Positions 23,666 to 33,037 of a DNA stretch of 33,340 bases are shown one piece after another (position 1 is the first letter of the stretch; the number at the start of each line of letters is the position of its first letter). Source of the stretch: a virus (Duplodnaviria; Caudoviricetes). The stretch lies in the IMG/VR virus record IMGVR_UViG_3300025751_000073, positions 1-33,340 of that record; one strand, given 5' to 3'. Below the pieces are notes generated by a model. It had not been told where the DNA came from, ran no database searches, and saw only the letters and a program-made list of their open reading frames with translations. The translations under genes were made by a program, and so were the position numbers.

Positions 23666-26600
23666 ATGTCAAATAAGTACACTACTGGAAGAGTTGAAAG
23701 ACTACCTCAATCTGGTATTACCTCAGATAGATATGAATTTCTTGGTTTAGAACAAGCTGAACCAGATTTGGGTGATCCTAATGTTGGTGTATCTTCTGTA
23801 GGAACAAATCCTTTCATAAGGGGAAATACTGTTCCTGTTCAACATTATGTGTTGATTGCTGCTGATGGATATGAAGGTGAAAGATTTTGGGTTCCTTCTT
23901 TAGATATTGCAACTCAGGGAATACAAGGAATACAAGGAACACAAGGTAATCAAGGTAATCAAGGTGTTCAGGGTTTACAGGGAAGAGTTGGTGATACCAT
24001 TATCGTTATTGGAAATGTTGCAGATGTAAATGCGACTGGAGATCCCCAAACTCTTTTAAGTACTTCTTTTCCTAGTGCTTCTCCTGGAAATGCTGTTATT
24101 GATGATACTACTAATAATTTTTGGATATATCAAGGATCTGGGAATTGGATTAATATTGGAAATATAACAATCCAAGGTATACAAGGAAATCAGGGATTAC
24201 AAGGATCGGGTACACAAGGTCTCCAAGGTCTCCAAGGAAACCAAGGTAATCAAGGACTTCAAGGAAACCAAGGTAACCAAGGTAATCAAGGACTTCAAGG
24301 AAACCAAGGTAATCAAGGACTTCAAGGAAATCAAGGTAACCAAGGAATCCAAGGAAACCAAGGTAACCAAGGTCTCCAAGGAAACCAAGGTAATCAGGGT
24401 CTCCAAGGTAACCAAGGTAATCAAGGACTTCAAGGAAACCAGGGATTACAAGGACTTCAAGGAAACCAGGGAATAATAGGTACTTCTATTATCATTATTG
24501 GAAGTGTTAACGATGTAAATGGGACGGGAAATCCTCAAACTCTTTTAAGTACTTCTTTTCCCAGTGCTTCTCCTGGAAATGGTGTTATTGATGATGCAAC
24601 CAAAGATCTCTGGGTGTTACAGGAAAATGGGGTATGGATTAATATTGGTGATATAACAATCCAAGGTACACAAGGCAACCAAGGTAATCAAGGACTTCAA
24701 GGAAACCAGGGATTACAAGGTCTCCAAGGAAATCAAGGTAACCAAGGTTTACAAGGTAATCAAGGTAATCAAGGTTTACAAGGCAATCAAGGAAACCAGG
24801 GATTAAGCAATCAGGGTAACCAGGGTAACCAAGGAAATCAAGGTAACCAGGGTCTCCAAGGTAATCAAGGAAACCAGGGATTACAAGGTAATCAAGGTAA
24901 TCAAGGTAATCAAGGACTCCAAGGAAACCAGGGATTACAAGGTCTCCAAGGAAATCAAGGTAATCAGGGTCTCCAAGGTAATCAGGGAATTTCTGGTCAA
25001 AATGGTGGACAAGGCACTCAAGGTACTCAAGGAAATCAAGGATTACAAGGTAACCAAGGAAATCAAGGATTACAAGGTAACCAAGGAAATCAGGGTCTTC
25101 AAGGTACTCAAGGATTACAAGGTAACCAAGGAAATCAGGGTCTTCAAGGTACTCAAGGAAATCAAGGTCTTCAAGGTACTCAAGGATTACAAGGTCTCCA
25201 AGGTAATCAGGGAATTTCTGGTCAAAATGGTGGGCAAGGCACTCAAGGTACTCAAGGAAATCAAGGATTACAAGGTAACCAAGGAAATCAAGGATTACAA
25301 GGTAACCAAGGAAATCAGGGTCTTCAAGGCAACCAAGGTCTTCAAGGTAACCAGGGTAATCAGGGATTACAAGGCAACCAAGGCAACCAAGGTCTCCAAG
25401 GAAATCAAGGTAATCAGGGTCTCCAAGGTAATCAGGGAATTTCTGGTCAAAATGCTGGACAAGGCACTCAAGGTACTCAAGGAAATCAAGGATTACAAGG
25501 TAATCAGGGAATTTCTGGTCAAAATGGTGGGCAAGGTACTCAAGGTACTCAAGGAAATCAAGGATTACAAGGTCTCCAAGGTAATCAGGGAATTTCTGGT
25601 CAAAATGGTGGGCAAGGCACTCAAGGTACTCAAGGAAATCAAGGATTACAAGGTCTCCAAGGTAATCAGGGAATTTCTGGTCAAAATGGTGGGCAAGGCA
25701 CTCAAGGCACTCAAGGTACTCAAGGAAATCAAGGATTACAAGGTAATCAGGGAATTTCTGGTCAAAATGGTGGGCAAGGCACTCAAGGTACTCAAGGAAA
25801 TCAAGGATTACAAGGTCTCCAAGGTAATCTGGGTGTTCAAGGTTTACAGGGAATTGCGGGTTCTTCAAATTCAAATTCGGACAAAGTTTCAACAGGAACT
25901 ACAACTGGAACTTCTAATTATTATCTGACTTTTGTTGATAGTAATAATACTTCAAGAGGTTATGAGGATTTATATACTGATGGTGGTATTGCTTATAATC
26001 CAAATACTAATCGTTTAGGTATCGGGACTGATAATCCAGAGTTTCCAGTACATATAGTTGGATATGGAAATACGAATGGTATTCTGGTAGGTGACACGCA
26101 TTTTTATGCCTTCTCAGATTCTGATATTGATACCAAAGGCAGTCCAACCTTTAAGAATACACTTACAAATGCAGACACAATATTAAGAGTTATTCCTAAC
26201 GGAACCGGAAAAAGTCAATTTGAATTTTTTGCCAATGATTATGATAATAATGTTACATCTTGGAAAAATTTAAGAATAGTTTCCACCCCCCAACAATCAA
26301 ATTCACACATTAGAATTGATACTTCTTCTTCTACTGGTGTTGATGCTCTTCCACTATCAATTGAAACACAAGTAGCACCTGGTTCCGAAACTAGATCAAA
26401 TGCTAATCAACTATTTTTAAACACTGATGGAAATATTGGCATAGGGACTAGTGCTCCACAAGGCAAATTAGACATTGATGGTAATGTAATTCCTACCATC
26501 ACCAATTCTTACGATTTGGGTTCTAGTTCTCGTAGATGGGATAATATTTATGTAAACAATATTAATGGAGCAACTATAACAGGATCTATTGATAATGCTA

Positions 26601-29600
26601 ATAAAGTTTCAACAGGAACTACAACTGGAATTGGTACTTATTATCTGACTTTTGTTGATATTAATAATACTTCAAGAGATTATGAGGATTTATATACTGA
26701 TGGTGGTATTGCTTATAATCCTTCTAGCAATGAATTGAAACTTTCAGGTGGAAGATTGATTATTCCATCTACACCTGGAACTATTGCTGGAAATACTTTT
26801 ACTAATGGTTGGTTACAAATCGGTAATTCTACTCTTGGAATTACTATGGATAGTAATGAACTTTATTTTGCTGGTGCAGGTATTATAGGTGCTTTATCTG
26901 GAGGATCAATAACGTTCACATACGGACCAAGATTTAATGCAGGAATTCGTGATGCTGGAAATTCTTTAGGATCTTCTGGTCAAGTATTATCTTCTACTAG
27001 TACTGGTGTTGATTGGGTAAATCCTGGAAGTTTATCCTCAGGAAGTGCAGATAATCTTGCAGGAGGGGCAGCAGGAAGTCTTCCTTATCAATCAGCAGCA
27101 GATACAACAGCATTTTTATTAGAACCAAATGCTAATAACAGGGTTCTTACATATAATAATACTACAAATGCTCCTGAATGGACTGAATTGTCTACAGTAA
27201 CTGGTGCTATCGATAATGCTAATAAAGTTTCAACAGGAACTACAACTGGAACTTCTAATTATTATCTGACTTTTGTTGATAGTAATAATACTTCAAGAGG
27301 TTATGAGGATTTATATACTGATGGTGGTATTGCTTATGATACAAATACTGATAGATTAATACTACCCAGTACCACTACTCAAGGAGCATTGCGGTTATCT
27401 GGTACAAGCGGAGCCATTGTTATTGATGATCTAGGACAAAAGAGAATATCTTGGAATGATGGTTCTGGAAACTTTAATATTAGAGGTGGACATTCTTTTT
27501 CTTCAAGTTCTGATAGGTATGTTGATACTGGTGATGGAGCAGCAGCAATAATTCTAAATAGTGATAATACGAATGGTACTATTGATTTAAAAGTTGCACC
27601 AACTGGTAGTGCTGGTAATGTAGTTAATTTTAGTGCTGGTGTTAAATTACAAGGAACCGAATTTATTCCAACAATAGCTAGTTCAGGAAATGTAAATCTT
27701 GGAAGTCCTAGTAATAGATGGGGCACTATCTATGTAGATAGTATTAATGGTGGAAATGTAAATGTTCCCACATCAGATAATGCTAATAAAGTTTCAATAG
27801 CAAACACGAGTTCTCCAACTGGAACTGTATTTTATCCCACATTTGCTTCTGGCACTGGATCTCAATCTTTATATATTGATAGTGGATTTACTTTTAGTAT
27901 AAATCAGGGTCTTACCATTGGTGATAGTACTTTTAGTTTAGGTAGTAATGTCGGAGACACGGTACAACTTTTAAATTTAATTGGTGATAATACCAATAAT
28001 TCATATTTAAAAGTAATTGAAGAAAGAGATACTAGTGGAAATACTTGGACTACTGCTTTTACGAGAATTCAAAAGGTTGTTGATTCCACGGAGATGGGAT
28101 ATATCCAGTTTAATGGTTCTGATAATAACTATGGATTGGAATTCGGAACATTGAGTGATGAAAAGTTTGCGATGTTCAAAAGAAATTCTAGTGTAGAATT
28201 ATATTATGATAATGTAAAGAAATTTGAAACTACTTCAGATGGTGCTTTGGTAACAGGAGATTTTTCTGCTGGTGCTTACTTAGGAAATCCATATGATGCA
28301 GTTCCGACATATAGTAATTCTGATTACGATACAATTTATTGGAATACTGTTGAATCAGCAATTCAATTGCAATCTGATATAGATGATAATATTGGAATGG
28401 CATTTCCCGCATATCGTTGCAATACTAATCCTGGTGAAATATTTAGAATCAGTGTTCAGATTCGTGCAAGTGTTACCACTACTGGTGGTGTTTATATTAG
28501 GGTTTATGAATATGATTCGGAACTTTCTAATGGAAAAACGCATGTATCAAATAGTGCAACCAATCCTGTAGTAGAAGAAGACACACGAAATGGGGTAAAA
28601 CGTGTTATAGGAACTAATACTACATTCTCTTACGAAAACCAAAGCGGAAATATTAATTGGCAAACTATAACATTTGATCATGTACCAAACTCTAGTGCTG
28701 TATGGGCATCTGTTGTTGTTTTAAACTGGGGTGGACTTGGAAACAATGCTCTCTACATAAGGGATTATAAGAGAGAATCTGTTTTAAGTAATGGTAGTGT
28801 GGGAAATCTTTCAGGAGGAGCAGCAGGAAGTCTTCCTTATCAATCAGCAGCAGATACAACAGCATTTTTATCAGAACCAAATGCTAATAACAGGGTTCTT
28901 ACATATAATAATACTACAAATGCTCCTCAATGGACTGAATTGTCTGGAGTAAATGTTGGTAATGCAGACACTCTTGATAATCTTGATAGTTCTCAATTCT
29001 TAAGATCTGATGCTGCTGATACCGCGACTCAATTTGTCTCCTTTGATGGCGGTATGAATTCCTATAAGCCAAGTAATAGTTGGACTTCTCAGTATTATGG
29101 TATTAGTGGCCTCGGAGCTTTTTATACCAGCGGAGCTTTTTATACAACAATTGTCTCCAATGGATATAGAAATAGTAGCAATCAGTGGACTTCGCTAAAT
29201 GCTGGTGGAAATACTGGCGCTTCTGAAATTGATTTATCTCCAGATGGAAATATCTATTTTTACAGTGACTCGTCAAAATCTAATGGGAGTTCCTTGCGTC
29301 CAACTTTAAGGATGTCGCTGTCTCCGACAGGAGTTCTTGTAACGGAAGGCACAGAAGCTTATATTAATACCTCAAGTAAAGTCTGGCACGCAGGTAATGA
29401 TGGTTCTGGGTCAGGTTTAGATGCTGATACTCTTGATGGTGTTCAAGGTTCAAACTTCTTAAGATCTAATACTGATGATATATTCTCTGGAGATCTGACC
29501 TCTTCTGGATCTGCAAGAATTATCATGAAGAAGACGGATAACAATGTTGCTGATCACATTCAGTTCTGGAATGGAACTGGAACACGGATGGGTGAAATTG

Positions 29601-30964
29601 GAACTCAAGATACTACGTGGTTAAGAATCAACCAGGTAACCAATAAGAACATTTACACACCACGTTACATTCGTGCTGATGCTGGTTTCTTTGTTGATGG
29701 TACAACTAAGGGTATTGATGGTTCTGGTAACTTCATTGGTGGCACAATTGCTGGTGCATCTGACTATGGAACCTTATTAAGATCTGATGCCTCTGATCAA
29801 TATAATGGACAGACAGCTGGAAGAGTACTTACATTTAGATGTGTAGATGGTAGAAATGCAGCAAATTCGACAGGGGGTTTGTTCCCATTACAAGTTTATC
29901 AGAATTCTAATGTCACTAATTCCGATGCGGCAATGACCTTCCATATTGCTGGAAGACATGCTACTTACTTTGGATTAGACCGAGAAACAAACGATCTATT
30001 TGTAGGTGGTTGGAGTAAGGGTGCTGCCAAATATAAAATTTGGCACGCAGGTAATGATGGTTCTGGGTCTGGTCTTGATGCTGATTTACTTGATGGGATT
30101 AATAGTGGTGGTTTCTTAAGGTCTAATGCAGCAGACTCTTGGAGTGGAACACTTTCTTGGGGACCAAATAATACACATGGTCTTTCATTCCAAAATAGTT
30201 CTTATACTGGAAACTATCTTTATATTGGGGGATGGACTTCAGCAAATACTAATGGTATTTCTAGAATTAGGAATTCAAATGCAAATTTACATCTAGATAG
30301 TGGTGCTAATGGAAACCTTTATTTAAATCAATACTCAACTGGAACTGTTTATGCAAGAGGCAGTGTAGTTTGGCACGCAGGTAATGATGGTGCTGGTAGT
30401 GGTCTTGATGCTGATAGACTTCATGGTCTTCTACCAAACTTTGCAGTTGTTGGAAATACAGTTGCATTAAGAACTAATGTAGGTGATATTTACCAAAGAT
30501 TTAGTCATGCCCTAGGTTATGCGAGCAGAGCAGGCACGAATGCTAGTGGATTTAATAATATTTTTAATATCCATTGGGCCAATAATAATACTGCAAATTT
30601 GTGGATTGACAATAGTAATATTGGTCCTATTCAACAGTCTTCCGATTACAGGATAAAACGTAATGTGGAAACTATAACTGAATCTGCAATCGACCGTGTG
30701 AAAAAATTAAGACCAATAAAATATCAATTTAAAGATTATGGTATCTATAAATCTACTGATGAAATACATGAAGGATTTATTGCACATGAATTGGCTGAAG
30801 TGATTCCAAGTGCTGTTAATGGTGAAAAGGACGATCCCGATACAATTCAGTCATTAAAATTTGGTGCAATAATTGCAGTTCTTACAAAGGCCATTCAGGA
30901 GCAGCAAGAAACTATAGAGAATATGCAAAAAACTATTGATGATTTGAACACTAGAATTAATTAG
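23666..30964 (+). CDS. Giant collagen-like tail fibre with C-terminal S74 intramolecular chaperone
   Basis: G-X-Q triplets, fibre modules (LGIGTDNP, DLGSSSRRW, WHAGNDGSGSGLDAD.LDG x3), and C-terminal SSDYRIKRN...L.P..Y....GFIAHEL..V.P.AV...L.KAIQE plus coiled coil. Confidence 0.92.
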   Translation: MSNKYTTGRVERLPQSGITSDRYEFLGLEQAEPDLGDPNVGVSSVGTNPFIRGNTVPVQHYVLIAADGYEGERFWVPSLDIATQGIQGIQGTQGNQGNQGVQGLQGRVGDTIIVIGNVADVNATGDPQTLLSTSFPSASPGNAVIDDTTNNFWIYQGSGNWINIGNITIQGIQGNQGLQGSGTQGLQGLQGNQGNQGLQGNQGNQGNQGLQGNQGNQGLQGNQGNQGIQGNQGNQGLQGNQGNQGLQGNQGNQGLQGNQGLQGLQGNQGIIGTSIIIIGSVNDVNGTGNPQTLLSTSFPSASPGNGVIDDATKDLWVLQENGVWINIGDITIQGTQGNQGNQGLQGNQGLQGLQGNQGNQGLQGNQGNQGLQGNQGNQGLSNQGNQGNQGNQGNQGLQGNQGNQGLQGNQGNQGNQGLQGNQGLQGLQGNQGNQGLQGNQGISGQNGGQGTQGTQGNQGLQGNQGNQGLQGNQGNQGLQGTQGLQGNQGNQGLQGTQGNQGLQGTQGLQGLQGNQGISGQNGGQGTQGTQGNQGLQGNQGNQGLQGNQGNQGLQGNQGLQGNQGNQGLQGNQGNQGLQGNQGNQGLQGNQGISGQNAGQGTQGTQGNQGLQGNQGISGQNGGQGTQGTQGNQGLQGLQGNQGISGQNGGQGTQGTQGNQGLQGLQGNQGISGQNGGQGTQGTQGTQGNQGLQGNQGISGQNGGQGTQGTQGNQGLQGLQGNLGVQGLQGIAGSSNSNSDKVSTGTTTGTSNYYLTFVDSNNTSRGYEDLYTDGGIAYNPNTNRLGIGTDNPEFPVHIVGYGNTNGILVGDTHFYAFSDSDIDTKGSPTFKNTLTNADTILRVIPNGTGKSQFEFFANDYDNNVTSWKNLRIVSTPQQSNSHIRIDTSSSTGVDALPLSIETQVAPGSETRSNANQLFLNTDGNIGIGTSAPQGKLDIDGNVIPTITNSYDLGSSSRRWDNIYVNNINGATITGSIDNANKVSTGTTTGIGTYYLTFVDINNTSRDYEDLYTDGGIAYNPSSNELKLSGGRLIIPSTPGTIAGNTFTNGWLQIGNSTLGITMDSNELYFAGAGIIGALSGGSITFTYGPRFNAGIRDAGNSLGSSGQVLSSTSTGVDWVNPGSLSSGSADNLAGGAAGSLPYQSAADTTAFLLEPNANNRVLTYNNTTNAPEWTELSTVTGAIDNANKVSTGTTTGTSNYYLTFVDSNNTSRGYEDLYTDGGIAYDTNTDRLILPSTTTQGALRLSGTSGAIVIDDLGQKRISWNDGSGNFNIRGGHSFSSSSDRYVDTGDGAAAIILNSDNTNGTIDLKVAPTGSAGNVVNFSAGVKLQGTEFIPTIASSGNVNLGSPSNRWGTIYVDSINGGNVNVPTSDNANKVSIANTSSPTGTVFYPTFASGTGSQSLYIDSGFTFSINQGLTIGDSTFSLGSNVGDTVQLLNLIGDNTNNSYLKVIEERDTSGNTWTTAFTRIQKVVDSTEMGYIQFNGSDNNYGLEFGTLSDEKFAMFKRNSSVELYYDNVKKFETTSDGALVTGDFSAGAYLGNPYDAVPTYSNSDYDTIYWNTVESAIQLQSDIDDNIGMAFPAYRCNTNPGEIFRISVQIRASVTTTGGVYIRVYEYDSELSNGKTHVSNSATNPVVEEDTRNGVKRVIGTNTTFSYENQSGNINWQTITFDHVPNSSAVWASVVVLNWGGLGNNALYIRDYKRESVLSNGSVGNLSGGAAGSLPYQSAADTTAFLSEPNANNRVLTYNNTTNAPQWTELSGVNVGNADTLDNLDSSQFLRSDAADTATQFVSFDGGMNSYKPSNSWTSQYYGISGLGAFYTSGAFYTTIVSNGYRNSSNQWTSLNAGGNTGASEIDLSPDGNIYFYSDSSKSNGSSLRPTLRMSLSPTGVLVTEGTEAYINTSSKVWHAGNDGSGSGLDADTLDGVQGSNFLRSNTDDIFSGDLTSSGSARIIMKKTDNNVADHIQFWNGTGTRMGEIGTQDTTWLRINQVTNKNIYTPRYIRADAGFFVDGTTKGIDGSGNFIGGTIAGASDYGTLLRSDASDQYNGQTAGRVLTFRCVDGRNAANSTGGLFPLQVYQNSNVTNSDAAMTFHIAGRHATYFGLDRETNDLFVGGWSKGAAKYKIWHAGNDGSGSGLDADLLDGINSGGFLRSNAADSWSGTLSWGPNNTHGLSFQNSSYTGNYLYIGGWTSANTNGISRIRNSNANLHLDSGANGNLYLNQYSTGTVYARGSVVWHAGNDGAGSGLDADRLHGLLPNFAVVGNTVALRTNVGDIYQRFSHALGYASRAGTNASGFNNIFNIHWANNNTANLWIDNSNIGPIQQSSDYRIKRNVETITESAIDRVKKLRPIKYQFKDYGIYKSTDEIHEGFIAHELAEVIPSAVNGEKDDPDTIQSLKFGAIIAVLTKAIQEQQETIENMQKTIDDLNTRIN
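23914..25861 (+). repeat. Collagen-like 9-nt repeat region (GNQ/GLQ/GTQ) with two copies of a ~57-aa globular insert
   Basis: caaggtaat / caaggatta / caaggtact triplets; inserts at about 24000-24170 and 24490-24660; higher-order GISGQNGGQ unit at 24986, 25211, 25436, 25508, 25589, 25670 and 25751. Confidence 0.95.
25883..27337 (+). repeat. Dispersed direct repeat A, 114 nt x3 (25883-25996, 26603-26716, 27224-27337)
   Basis: Encodes KVSTGTTTG...YYLTFVD.NNTSR.YEDLYTDGGIAY. Copies 1 and 3 read identical; copy 2 has a few substitutions. Confidence 0.93.
27068..28945 (+). repeat. Dispersed direct repeat B, 126 nt x2 (27068-27193, 28820-28945)
   Basis: Encodes AAGSLPYQSAADTTAFL.EPNANNRVLTYNNTTNAP.WTELS; two mismatches seen (tta/tca, gaa/caa). 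Confidence 0.93.
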
Positions 30965-31025
30965 AACAAATATTTTAAATAAAATCGCATTAGAGAATCA
31001 ATAATCATGAAAAAAAACGAGAATA

Positions 31026-31033
31026 TATAAATA
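31026..31033 (+). promoter_or_regulatory. T4 late promoter TATAAATA
   Basis: Exact consensus, 31 nt upstream of ATG 31065. Confidence 0.75.
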
Positions 31034-31064
31034 AGTTACCAAAAAGGTTTTTTAAAAAATATCC

Positions 31065-31325
31065 ATGATTACTACTCACAACATATCTGATTTTGACCAA
31101 TCTGATAATACTGCCCAAGTAACATTTTTTAATGAACAAGGATACATTTTTAAGAAGAGTATCAATATACCTCACACTGAAGATGGTAGAGTAAATGTGG
31201 AGGAATTTAATGAGATAATTATTGGACAGATTAGAGGTTGTAATTATAAAGAGAAACTTGGATTAATTAAGTTTACAGATCCTAATAATAATGATGTGGA
31301 TTCTCTGAATCCCCCTACCTTATAG
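31065..31325 (+). CDS. Hypothetical late protein (possible fibre accessory)
   Basis: 86-aa ORF with its own late promoter, directly after the fibre gene; no motif recognised. Confidence 0.65.
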   Translation: MITTHNISDFDQSDNTAQVTFFNEQGYIFKKSINIPHTEDGRVNVEEFNEIIIGQIRGCNYKEKLGLIKFTDPNNNDVDSLNPPTL

Positions 31326-31367
31326 ATTCTAGTACTAATTTTTAAATAGTGTAAAAATTAATATAAA

Positions 31368-33011
31368 ATGGCAAATCAAAATCAAAATTCAGCAAATCAG
31401 ATTCAGTTCTACTATTATAATGAATTAAATTTTATTGAAAACAATTATGGTAAGGATACCAGTAAATATCCATTACCAGAAACTGTAAAAAAATCTAAAA
31501 TTGTTGAAAATGGTGATGGAACATGGGGAAAAATAGATTTTGTTGAAAATAAACCACATTCTACACCCAATGAAATTACAAATAAAAAAATACAAGAAAG
31601 AAATAGTGTAATTAGTAACTATGAAAATTTAGTTATACCTTTTGATAGTGAATTTTATGATTATAATCAACAAATAAATGAAAAAAAGCAATTAATTTTG
31701 GAATATATGGAGAATGCCATATCATTGGGTTGTACTTATAGTCCTCCTTCTCCTATTGGTTTAGGATTAACACCAGGAGCAGATGATATTGGTGGTGTTT
31801 CTGTTGGTATTGGTTCAACTGTTTTTAAAGATAGAGCAATCGTAAAAAGATATCCTAATATAGATAATTATAATTCAGAAAATCCTTTTGACCCAGATTC
31901 GGATGAAAACATTTCTCCTTCAAACTTTGGCAAAGGATATAAAAATTATTCCGAAAATAATTCTGGTGAAATATTAACAGAAGTATATAAGTACATACCT
32001 TCAGATCCGAATGCTCATATTCCCCCACCACTTGCACCAGATGGTTTTCAGAACACTTGTGTTTCATTTTCAAGTAGTATTACTCAACTTGCACAAGAAA
32101 TTTCTGAATTGAGAGCATTAAGAGATCAAAATCTTGTAAGAATTAATAAATTAAAAGAGGATAAAAATGGTGAAGAAGTTAGAAGATGGGGTTCTAATCA
32201 ATCTTCTGCACCAATCGAAAGTAGAAAAAATACATTAGCAGCAAACATTTCAAATGTATCTAATTACTCTGATGAAATAATTTTAGAATCTTTACTTTTC
32301 TGGATTGATGCATCTAAAGAGTATTCAGTAGATTATTCTGTTTATAATCAATATGGTGTTAAAGAAATAAATTCTGTACAAAACATTGGTGATGGGTCAA
32401 AAATATTAAAAACTCCTACCAATCCATTTTATAACAATGAATTATCATTTGTTTTCAATCAATATCAAGAATATCCAGAATACTCAAATCAAAATATAAA
32501 ATCTGAGGATAATTATATTGGAAGTGAAATATCTATTGGAGATTCTTCTTCTTATACTTTAGAAATTTGGTTTAAACTTTATGATGATACTAATCTTGGT
32601 GTTGATAGAACAACTGATGGTGCAAATTTAGTTGGAACAAATGACATTTACGGATATGGTATTCAGTTATATAAACCAGATAATGTTAGATTGAATTTTG
32701 GAAATAGAAATGGTATTTTTGGTATAGATTTTGATTCACAATCAACTTTTAATACAAATATTTGGTATCATGTTTTATGTTCTAGAAATCAAGGAGGAGA
32801 GGCAAAAATTTATATTAATGGATCTTTAGATTCTCAAAGTACACTTCCTCCTTTAACTTCTACTGTTTCTGAACTTATAGTAGGATCTATGGAAAATCAT
32901 ATTCTTCAAGATTTTAGAGGAGAAATAGGATTAGTTAGAGTTTATGGTAAAGTATTATCTGAACAAGAAGTTTCGACAAATTTTAATTACGATAGATCAA
33001 GATTTTTTTAA
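31368..33011 (+). CDS. Structural protein with N-terminal coiled coils and C-terminal LamG/ConA-like lectin domain
   Basis: L.FWIDAS, YTLEIWFK, N.WYHV..SR.....KIYING.L, F.GEIG.VRVYGKVLS..EV..NF match a Laminin_G_3 pattern. Confidence 0.85.
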   Translation: MANQNQNSANQIQFYYYNELNFIENNYGKDTSKYPLPETVKKSKIVENGDGTWGKIDFVENKPHSTPNEITNKKIQERNSVISNYENLVIPFDSEFYDYNQQINEKKQLILEYMENAISLGCTYSPPSPIGLGLTPGADDIGGVSVGIGSTVFKDRAIVKRYPNIDNYNSENPFDPDSDENISPSNFGKGYKNYSENNSGEILTEVYKYIPSDPNAHIPPPLAPDGFQNTCVSFSSSITQLAQEISELRALRDQNLVRINKLKEDKNGEEVRRWGSNQSSAPIESRKNTLAANISNVSNYSDEIILESLLFWIDASKEYSVDYSVYNQYGVKEINSVQNIGDGSKILKTPTNPFYNNELSFVFNQYQEYPEYSNQNIKSEDNYIGSEISIGDSSSYTLEIWFKLYDDTNLGVDRTTDGANLVGTNDIYGYGIQLYKPDNVRLNFGNRNGIFGIDFDSQSTFNTNIWYHVLCSRNQGGEAKIYINGSLDSQSTLPPLTSTVSELIVGSMENHILQDFRGEIGLVRVYGKVLSEQEVSTNFNYDRSRFF

Positions 33012-33037
33012 TTAGTACAGATCTCTAACTGGCACAC

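Noticed and set aside
24639-25928. Long alternative ORFs 24639-25892 (-), 25002-25928 (+) and 24197-24433 (-)
   Set aside because: These are shadow frames of the 9-nt collagen repeat, which lacks stops in those frames; the translations are low-complexity and have no expression signals.
25883-28945. Repeat pairs as DGR template/variable repeats
   Set aside because: Mismatches are not adenine-specific (T/C and G/C in repeat B), all copies are coding and mid-gene, and there is no reverse transcriptase in the window.
31039-31060. A/T palindromic stretch (ccaaaaaggttttttaaaaaat) as a terminator
   Set aside because: The stem is too weak, and it lies downstream of a late promoter in a leader.
2530-32073. 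Other short ORFs nested in or antisense to large genes (e.g. 2530-2736, 3212-3400, 6470-6889, 8632-8913, 12604-12858, 27379-27726, 31855-32073)
   Set aside because: They fully overlap well-supported genes, carry no recognisable motifs, and are expected by chance.
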